Shown: positions 1 through 7,600 of the stretch, piece after piece
Layout of the letters: the number at the start of each line of letters is the position of its first letter
Position numbering within the stretch: the first letter of the stretch is position 1
From: Methanobacteriota archaeon
Lineage (GTDB): Archaea > Thermoplasmatota > Poseidoniia > Poseidoniales > Thalassarchaeaceae
DNA: 64,000 nucleotides
Assembly: GCA_002730095.1 (NCBI GenBank)
Contig: PBZE01000042.1
Location: 623-64,622, forward strand
Reading direction: 5' to 3'
Translations under genes and position numbers: made by a program
The notes under the pieces: model-generated
Told to the model about the DNA's origin: nothing
What the model saw: only the letters and a program-made list of their open reading frames with translations
The model's database searches: none

Positions 1-1
1 C

Positions 2-1018
2 GACTTCTTCCAAATTGCCCAAAAGGTTCTTTCTAGGACAGAGAGAATGGAAGTTGGTAGTGCTGTTATGAGCATACTAGCTTCTGGGGGGCCTATTGCA
101 CAAGCAGAGAGAGTTGGTTCGTTCCTTACCTTACATGGACTCGATTCAAACGAAAAGAGGAAGTTGCATATCGGATTCAGTGCGGGAAGATTCGAATTCA
201 TGGCCAGACCTTACGGAATAGTTCCGAGGAATCCAGTAGAGGAGGCGGCTTGGCCCGCCCTAAGAGGTAGAATTTTCGCAGAAGCATCGGAGATTTTCCT
301 CAGACTACTGAGAGGGGAAATACTCTCAAGTGAAATGGTGGGAAAAACCATCCTTACCAGAGATAACTTCAGGAGTGATGAGGATTGGTCTAATGTTCAG
401 GAAAAGGCTTGCAAATACTTCGATCTAGAAGATTCTCCTGAATCAATAGAGATTGGAAATAGGTATCAATTTGAAGAAATCAAAATAATACCTCAAGATT
501 GGGACAGGGGCCTTCTGAATCTAATACTTGGCAGTCACGATCCGAATCTCCAGAGAGAGGTAAACAAATGGCTACCCGTACAGGTATTCAATCTGTCAAT
601 CACCCCTCCCAAGATAATCAATGAGACCCATGAAAGAATGAAAGAATCATATCACCGGGATGGAGGGGTGTGGAAGAGATCGATGATGCCAAGAACGGTA
701 ATGGTTTTCATCAACGAAGAAGAGGGTTTGAGTCCCAAAGAACGGAGTGAGGCGGCAAGAATTGAGGCTAAATCTGCGCTTTCTACCTACTGGAACGCCT
801 TGGAGGGCACCATAGACCCATCCAAAGTAGACAGGGCTGTTGATAATGCGGTAATCGGCAACGCAGAAGAAATAGTTGAGCAGATCCTGGGTCGCTACGA
901 TAAGGAAGATCGTCTAATGTGCTGGTTTGATTTCTTCAATCATGACAGCGATAGAGTGATGAGGAACATGACTGCATTCATGACCAAGGTGGCACCTAGG
1001 GTGAACGGGGGTGACTAG
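2..1018 (+). CDS. Luciferase-like (LLM-class) flavin-dependent oxidoreductase, probably 5'-truncated by the window edge
   Basis: The reading frame is open from nt 2 with no stop before ATG 47, so the gene likely starts upstream of the window. HIGFSAGRFEFMARPYG and IFAEASEIFLRLLRGE resemble the central part of LLM TIM-barrel proteins. The assignment is by eye only. Confidence 0.4.
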   Translation, partial: DFFQIAQKVLSRTERMEVGSAVMSILASGGPIAQAERVGSFLTLHGLDSNEKRKLHIGFSAGRFEFMARPYGIVPRNPVEEAAWPALRGRIFAEASEIFLRLLRGEILSSEMVGKTILTRDNFRSDEDWSNVQEKACKYFDLEDSPESIEIGNRYQFEEIKIIPQDWDRGLLNLILGSHDPNLQREVNKWLPVQVFNLSITPPKIINETHERMKESYHRDGGVWKRSMMPRTVMVFINEEEGLSPKERSEAARIEAKSALSTYWNALEGTIDPSKVDRAVDNAVIGNAEEIVEQILGRYDKEDRLMCWFDFFNHDSDRVMRNMTAFMTKVAPRVNGGD

Positions 1019-2185
1019 TTGGCTGGACGAGATAGCTCTCCCTCCTCTGTGTCTCCCGGGAGACCTGGATCATCCCTGTATCCAACAAATCCTCTCGGCG
1101 ATAGTCATGAGGGGATCGCCACTGGAAGAGATGTCGAATGGGAGCCACTGGTAGATTTTCGTAGAATGGATGTCTCTGAGAATACGATACATGGAGCAGT
1201 AGCATGGGCTCATGGAAATGAGATCATCCACTCATTTGGAGGCAATGTCTTGGTCTATGGGCGTTCCATGATGAAGCCTCTAATGATGAAGCCTTTCGTT
1301 GATGTCCTTGAGGATATGGATTGGACGCAGAAGGCCATATCATGTTCATCCCACAATGGAGATACTGAACATGTTTCCACAGCTCAATCATTGCTTTCTG
1401 AGTCTGAATGGGGACTTATGCAATGCCCTCTAGATGTCCCATTAATACAGTTTGGAAGGCAGGTAAGACGACCTCGCAGATGGTTTCACACATGCTCCGG
1501 AGAGCATGCTGCTATCCTCAAGGGAATGCGAAAAATGGGAATGAACAGAGCTGGTTATACCTTACCAAGCGCTCCCTGGTTCCCACTATACCTAGATGTT
1601 CTGAGAGAATACATGGGTAAGCCGGACTGGGAACCTTTGAGAGTTGCCAAGGACGGATGTGGATTCCCAACAGTTTCGAATACCGTGGATGAGCTCGCAG
1701 TAATGTTCGCAGGTCTTGCGAATCGGAAAAATGATGACTGGGTCTGGGAAGCTATGAACAGGCACCCTGATCTGGTAGGGGGATTCAATAGGCTTGACTC
1801 GACATGTCTCAAGGCGGGGGATGGTAAAATTCTGGCCAAGGAAGGAGCCGATGGGCTGCTTGGAATTTCTGTGGATCATCCAGACTGGCCAGATGGGCTT
1901 GGCATCGTAATCAAAATTGCCCATGGTTGGAATAGTCAAGCGACATGGTATGTTGCTAGGGCGGTTTTGGGAGTATTGGGGATTGATCTTAGGAATCCAT
2001 ATCCTCTTCATAGGCAGAAGGCGTTCATTGTCCCTGGAATTGTTCCTGACATAATGAGAGAGGCTCTTGAGGAAGTCGTTACCTGGGATGAATGGGATCC
2101 AGACAGGGATAGATTCTCAATGGATTGGAAGGAGTATTCCGAGGGAATGACTCGTAGTAATCCGTTTTCCAATGAGGGTTCCTGA
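1019..2185 (+). CDS. Asparaginase_II-family protein
   Basis: The motif series matches the family pattern: GRSMMKP (RSxxKP), CSSHNGDTEHV (SHxGExxH), CSGEHAAILKG (CSGKHA), KDGCGFPT (DGCGxP), AKEGADGLLG (K.GAEG). TTG 1019 abuts the upstream stop at 1016-1018. The start is uncertain, but similarity seems to extend upstream of the first in-frame ATG (1166). Confidence 0.6.
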   Translation: MAGRDSSPSSVSPGRPGSSLYPTNPLGDSHEGIATGRDVEWEPLVDFRRMDVSENTIHGAVAWAHGNEIIHSFGGNVLVYGRSMMKPLMMKPFVDVLEDMDWTQKAISCSSHNGDTEHVSTAQSLLSESEWGLMQCPLDVPLIQFGRQVRRPRRWFHTCSGEHAAILKGMRKMGMNRAGYTLPSAPWFPLYLDVLREYMGKPDWEPLRVAKDGCGFPTVSNTVDELAVMFAGLANRKNDDWVWEAMNRHPDLVGGFNRLDSTCLKAGDGKILAKEGADGLLGISVDHPDWPDGLGIVIKIAHGWNSQATWYVARAVLGVLGIDLRNPYPLHRQKAFIVPGIVPDIMREALEEVVTWDEWDPDRDRFSMDWKEYSEGMTRSNPFSNEGS

Positions 2186-3618
2186 TGAAGGTCCTGAACT
2201 ACATCCATGGAGAGTTCATCGAACCCGAATCAGATCATTGGATGGACAATTTATCTCCATCTACTGGAGATGTTATCGGGTCCATTCCCTTATCGGATGA
2301 AAGGGATGTGGGTAATGCGGTATCTGCAGCGGTGGCCGCGCTACCACAATGGAGCGGACTAGAACCATTAGAAAGAGCTGGGTGGCTAGAAAAAATCGCC
2401 GACTGCCTTGAAAGTAAATTTGAAGAAATAGCCTATTTGGAGAGCTTGGATACTGGAAAACCGATTTCTCTATCTAGATCGGTAGATGCAAAAAGGTCTG
2501 TCTCAAACTTCAGATTCTTCTCGGAATTGATTAGAAACTTAGACGAAGAAGTTTTCGAAATGGAAGATGCGACTAACATTGTGAAGCTCAAACCTGTTGG
2601 AGTCGGGGCTTTGATCACCCCTTGGAATCTGCCATTGTACCTGCTATCTTGGAAGGTAGCTCCAGCGATAGGGATGGGAAATACGGTAGTGTGCAAACCT
2701 AGTGAGATGACTCCACTAACTGCCGACTTGCTCATGAAAGTGGTCGACGAGGTGGGCCTCCCCCCAGGAGTGGTAAATCTGGTTCATGGGGATGGTGTCG
2801 CTGGATCCTCACTTACTGGCCATTCCGACGTGGACTTGGTCTCATTCACAGGCGGTACCGAAACTGGGTCGAAGGTAGCGCTATCTGCATCTCCCAAATT
2901 CAAGAAATTGAGTTTGGAGCTAGGTGGCAAGAACGCCAGTATTGTTTTCTCCGATTGCGATATGGAGAAAACCGTAGAGGGAGTAACAAGGGCTGCCTTT
3001 CTGAATCAGGGACAAGTTTGTCTCTGCGGCTCAAGGATTCTTGTTGAAGACTCAATTTATGATGAGTTTGTAGAACTTTTCGTCGATTCGGTGGAATCTA
3101 TGGTGATTGGGGATCCAATGAACGACTCTACACAACTCGGTGCCCTGATATCAAAGGAGCATCTGAAGAAGGTTGAGGGATACATTTCCCTAGCGATAGA
3201 AGAAGGAGGGGAAATCCTCACAGGGGGAGCACCATGTATCCCTAAGGAGCTGTCCGAAGGGAACTGGTTGGCTCCAACAGTGGTCGCTGGCCTTGACCCT
3301 GATTCAAGATGCTCCACCGAGGAAATCTTTGGCCCTGTTGTAACGATTCATCGCTTCGAAGGCGAAGCGCGAGCCGTAGAAATAGCGAATAATACCAGAT
3401 ATGGTCTCGCTGGTAGCGTATGGACTAGTGATCTAGAGAAGGGAGAGAGGGTTGCAGGCATGATCCACACGGGAATGGTTTGGGTGAATACCTGGCTCCA
3501 TAGGGACCTTAGAGTGCCATTTGGAGGAGTCAAGGACAGTGGCATCGGCAGAGAAGGAGGCCGATGGAGCCTGGGGTTCTTCTCGGAGCCACTTAACGTG
3601 TGTCTGAAGCATGAATGA
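2185..3618 (+). CDS. NAD(P)+-dependent aldehyde dehydrogenase
   Basis: ALDH hallmarks are present: ITPWNLPL, ELGGKN (general-base Glu), FLNQGQVCLCGSR (catalytic Cys), EEIFGPV, RYGLAGSVWT. The ATG overlaps the upstream stop (TGATG at 2183-2187). Confidence 0.9.
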   Translation: MKVLNYIHGEFIEPESDHWMDNLSPSTGDVIGSIPLSDERDVGNAVSAAVAALPQWSGLEPLERAGWLEKIADCLESKFEEIAYLESLDTGKPISLSRSVDAKRSVSNFRFFSELIRNLDEEVFEMEDATNIVKLKPVGVGALITPWNLPLYLLSWKVAPAIGMGNTVVCKPSEMTPLTADLLMKVVDEVGLPPGVVNLVHGDGVAGSSLTGHSDVDLVSFTGGTETGSKVALSASPKFKKLSLELGGKNASIVFSDCDMEKTVEGVTRAAFLNQGQVCLCGSRILVEDSIYDEFVELFVDSVESMVIGDPMNDSTQLGALISKEHLKKVEGYISLAIEEGGEILTGGAPCIPKELSEGNWLAPTVVAGLDPDSRCSTEEIFGPVVTIHRFEGEARAVEIANNTRYGLAGSVWTSDLEKGERVAGMIHTGMVWVNTWLHRDLRVPFGGVKDSGIGREGGRWSLGFFSEPLNVCLKHE

Positions 3619-4642
3619 GGGGCAAGACTGTAAGTCTTGGCGATGGTCCGTTGGAATAACCATGGCACCAGTTGGCATCATCGGAGTTGGGTCTTATGTC
3701 CCGCCCAAGGAAATGTCGAATGAAGATTGGTCAAAAATTGTGGATACCAGTGACGAATGGATTTCAACTAAAACAGGGATGAAGAGGAGGAGGATTGCCG
3801 ATCCTTCGGTATGCACGTCTGACTTGGCGGTTGAGGCGTCAAAAATCGCCCTGAGAAACTCTGGACTTTCCCCCTCTGACATTGACTTGATAATTCTGGC
3901 AACTTCGTCCCCTGATGTCCCTCTGTCTTCTACTGCCGGAATAGTTCAACATAAGCTCGGTTGCACAGACTGTGGCGCTTTTGATGTAAATGCAGTTTGT
4001 GCTGGATGGGTTCATGCTTTGGACATCGGTTCCAGGTTCGTAGGAACTAATGGATATGAGAATGTTCTAGTAATTGGCTCGGAAATTTATTCTAGAATCT
4101 TAAATTGGGAAGATAGGTCAACATGCGTTCTGTTCGGCGATGGTGCGGGAGCGGTCGTCCTCTCAGAGGTCCCAGAAGGCAAGGGCGTGATTGGATCTTG
4201 GCTGATGAGTGATGGGTCGGGGGCCCAAGTAATCGAGATTCCTGCTGGTGGAGTCAGGGTCCCAATACCAAGTGAGGGATTCGAAGATGGAATGCAATAT
4301 TTCCACATGGATGGTAGGGCCGTTTGGACATTTGCAATTGAGGCGTTCCCACAGGCCGTACTAGGGGTCCTGGAGAGGTATGGGAAGAGTATTGAGGATG
4401 TGGACCTGATAATACCGCATCAGGCAAATATCAACATCATCAAGGCCGGTATGGAAAATCTAGGATTACCCATGAGTAAGACATTCACCAACCTCCACAA
4501 ATATGGAAATACTGCTGGTGCCAGCGTCCCTATTGCGATGCATGAGGCCATGGAGGATGGTATGATAGTTGAGGGCAGCCTCGTGGTCACTGTTGCCTTT
4601 GGAGGAGGATTAGCATGGGGAGCTAATCTGATCCAATTCTAA
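3611..4642 (+). CDS. beta-ketoacyl synthase III (FabH)-like condensing enzyme
   Basis: The KAS III triad contexts are present: NAVCAGWVHAL (Cys), IPHQANINII (His), GNTAGASVP (Asn). The N-terminus GIIGVGSYVPP is typical. The likely start is ATG 3662 (MAPVGIIG) rather than 3611. Confidence 0.8.
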   Translation: MNEGQDCKSWRWSVGITMAPVGIIGVGSYVPPKEMSNEDWSKIVDTSDEWISTKTGMKRRRIADPSVCTSDLAVEASKIALRNSGLSPSDIDLIILATSSPDVPLSSTAGIVQHKLGCTDCGAFDVNAVCAGWVHALDIGSRFVGTNGYENVLVIGSEIYSRILNWEDRSTCVLFGDGAGAVVLSEVPEGKGVIGSWLMSDGSGAQVIEIPAGGVRVPIPSEGFEDGMQYFHMDGRAVWTFAIEAFPQAVLGVLERYGKSIEDVDLIIPHQANINIIKAGMENLGLPMSKTFTNLHKYGNTAGASVPIAMHEAMEDGMIVEGSLVVTVAFGGGLAWGANLIQF

Positions 4643-7600
4643 TTGTCGATTGGCCCCCATAATCCAGATACTTGATCGAAGGACAGTATTGAGCCATCGG
4701 GATTTTGACAGTAAACCTTGCCCGAGTTATCTACCCAAACCAATTGTCCGTTATCATTCATTTTGGCATCGCTTGGTGCTGTGATTGGCTTTTTCTCATC
4801 TAGGATATCCTTGGACAGGGATGTAGAATTTGGAACTGATACGCTAGAATATATTGTGGTGCTCTTATCATTGTATTCGACTCCTTCTTTTACAGAATTT
4901 GATAGATGCGAAATTTCTTCTTCATCCCCTCTCTTTCTAATAAATAACAGTCCGCCAAGACCCATAATAATCACAATAGAGAATAGTGCAACAAACATTA
5001 GCATTGAAACTTCGTCTTCTTCGACATATCTGTCTGGATCATTAGGGAAAGCATCTCCATTATCACCTACTCCGTCCATATCGGAGTCAACCCACTCGTT
5101 GGGATCGAGTGGGAAGTCGTCTAAACCATCCAAAAATCCATCATCATCTGAGTCTGGGTCGGTAGAACTGGTATTTCTTTGCTCTTCCTGGAGATCTGGA
5201 GATCCATCGTTGTCGTCATCGGTATCAGAATTATCCCCTATTCCATCCAAGTCGTTATCTGACCACTCTGTACTATCTAGCGGAAGGTCATCTTGCAGAT
5301 CCGGGAATCCATCGTTATCATCATCTTCGTCCTCGTCTGAGTCCTTGCACCCATCTGAGTCATTATCCGAATTAGCATCGCTAGACCAATCAGTTAGCCC
5401 CAAGGGGCAACTGTCCTGTAAATCGTTGATTCCATCTCCGTCGTCATCTTGATCAACTTCGTCATGTATCCTGTCTCCATCCGAATCAAGAAGACAATCA
5501 TCGATTGAAATAGCTGCAGATGAGATAGTTATGGTTTTGTCGGGACATGGTTCGGTAGACGAGCTTTTTGAGCTTGGAACATACTCATCAAGAGGTGCGG
5601 CAGTTTGCTCCGATTGACCTGAATTGGGGGCGAAATATCCCGGATCGGTATCTAGGCATGATGTTTGTCCGGGAGTGGGCTGATAGGTTCCTGGCTGACA
5701 GACTTCTTGTGACGAGGAAGCTGTTCCCGAGGAAAAATATCCTGGATCTGAGAGCAGACAGGATGATTGGCCGGGCGAAGACTGGTATTCACCGGGAGCA
5801 CAGGCACTCTGATTTGGAGAGGCATTTAGTGAGACATAGAAACCCGGATCGGCATCTATGCACGAGGCTTGACGAGTCTGATTTTGGAAGGACCCAGCTA
5901 AACATGGAGATTGGGCAGAGGACCCCTGGGAGGAGACATAGTGGCCCTCATCTGACTCCAGACATGATGATTGGTCGGATGCTGAGTCAATTGGATTGTA
6001 GGTACCTATTGGACATGGAGTCTGGCTGGTCGACATAGGCGCATCTACATAGAAACCCGGGTCTGCGGCTATGCAATCCTCCTGGCTCGGCAGCGGCTGA
6101 TATTGTCCCGGCTGACACTCTATCTGATTCACTGAGCCAATTAAATCCGTATAGAAACCGGGATCGGTGCCCATACAGGAAACTTGTCCCGGAGATGGTT
6201 GATACTCTCCAAGAGAACACGGGGTCTGAGAAGATGCACCCAATATCGAAGAAAAATATCCTGGATCTGCTTCAATGCAGGAAGAAGAGCTGTTTCCGGC
6301 TGGTTGAGGATTATATGTCCCTAATTGGCAGGGGATTTGGGATGTCGAGGCATTCTGATCTGTGTAATATCCTGGACTAGCTTCCATACACTCAGAGAGA
6401 CCTGCCTGATTGCCCCAAAATCCGGGTGAACAAGGTGTTTCCGATGAAGCCCCCTCTGAATCAACAAAGTACCCCGGTGAAGCTGGGATGCAGGAAACCT
6501 GGCCGAATGATGGTTGATAATTGCCTTCAGTGCATGGAGTCTGCGTGGAAGACCCATTTGTTGGGACTGCGTGGCCGGGGTCTGCATCGATACAGAATGA
6601 CGAGCTGTTGGCGGACTCCAATGGGTTGTAAGTGCCTGCCGGACAGGGAATTTCTGAGATTGAGCCGGGCAAATCAACATAGTGCCCTCCAGATGCATTG
6701 AAGCATTCTATTGCCCCATAAGAGGGCTGATAGGTACCTGCTTGACAGGGAATTTGCTCTGCAGAAGAGTTAGTGGGCACATGATGGCCAGGCGTTGCCT
6801 GCAGACAGAACGTCTGATTTGAAAGAGGTTGATAGAACCCTGGATCACATCCAATTTGAGCTATACTAGCGGTTCCTGGGACATAGTGCCCTGGACTTGC
6901 GGAAAGGCACGAAGACTGGGCAGATAATGGCTGATAGTAACCCGCAGAACAAGGAGTTTGAGAAGTGGAGTTGTAATTTGCCGCGTAATGCCCGGGAGAT
7001 ACGTCAATACAGTTGGTGGAGCCACTTGATGGTTGATACGTCCCGGGATTACAAGCGGTCTGATTAGTTGATCCCGATACCAGTACGTAGAACCCGGGAT
7101 CTGCAACCAGACAGTTATTTTGTCCGGATGAGGGTTGATAATTTCCAGGGGAGCATTGGGTCTGGGAGGATGCCCCTGAATTGGCGACATAATTCCCGGG
7201 AGATGCGGGAGTCTCGAAGGAAGCTCCATACTGAGGCACATAATTTCCTTGATTGGCCGATAAGCAAGACGATTGTCCAGATAGGGGCTGATAAGTTCCC
7301 GGGACGCATAAGTCCTCAGATGTTGCTCCGACGGTAGAGACATATCTTCCGGGAGATGCCAAATCACAGCTCGCTCTGCCAGTTTTGCCCTGATAGGTTC
7401 CAACTCTGCACTGGAAGAAGCCAATTTGAATCTCGGCATCGATAACCTCGGACTGATTGCCGAGTAATGAAGAGTCTAGAGTAGAGAAAAGACCCACTAA
7501 CATAGTGTAGCTCCCTGTTGATGAATTATTATTGGTGATAGAGATGACGACATTCGATGAATTCGTGAATGTCGTTCCGTTTGTGCTGACAGAAGCAATG

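Noticed and set aside
1166-2185. I considered using the first in-frame ATG (1166, MDVSENTIHG) as the start of the Asparaginase_II-family gene.
   Set aside because: The family's conserved N-terminal strand (pattern v.v.RG...E..H.G) appears to align with PLVDFRRMDVSENTIHG, which begins upstream of that ATG. A non-ATG start further upstream (possibly TTG 1019) is therefore more likely.
4930-5010. I considered whether the C-terminal hydrophobic segments of the giant exoproteins (also ~26700-26765, ~40520-40560, ~41490-41540) are archaeosortase PGF-CTERM or other terminal sorting signals.
   Set aside because: Each helix is followed by a 40-140-aa charged tail rather than a few basic residues at the very C-terminus, and no PGF-like tripeptide precedes the helices. 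A type-I anchor is the simpler reading.
4718-5452. 244-aa plus-strand ORF (Ser-rich) and many other 60-190-aa ORFs antisense to the giant gene (e.g. 5568-6038, 6861-7439).
   Set aside because: They are shadow ORFs on the opposite strand of a strongly supported 1771-aa gene. Their low-complexity composition mirrors the D/E/G-rich or repeat coding strand, and they have no motifs.
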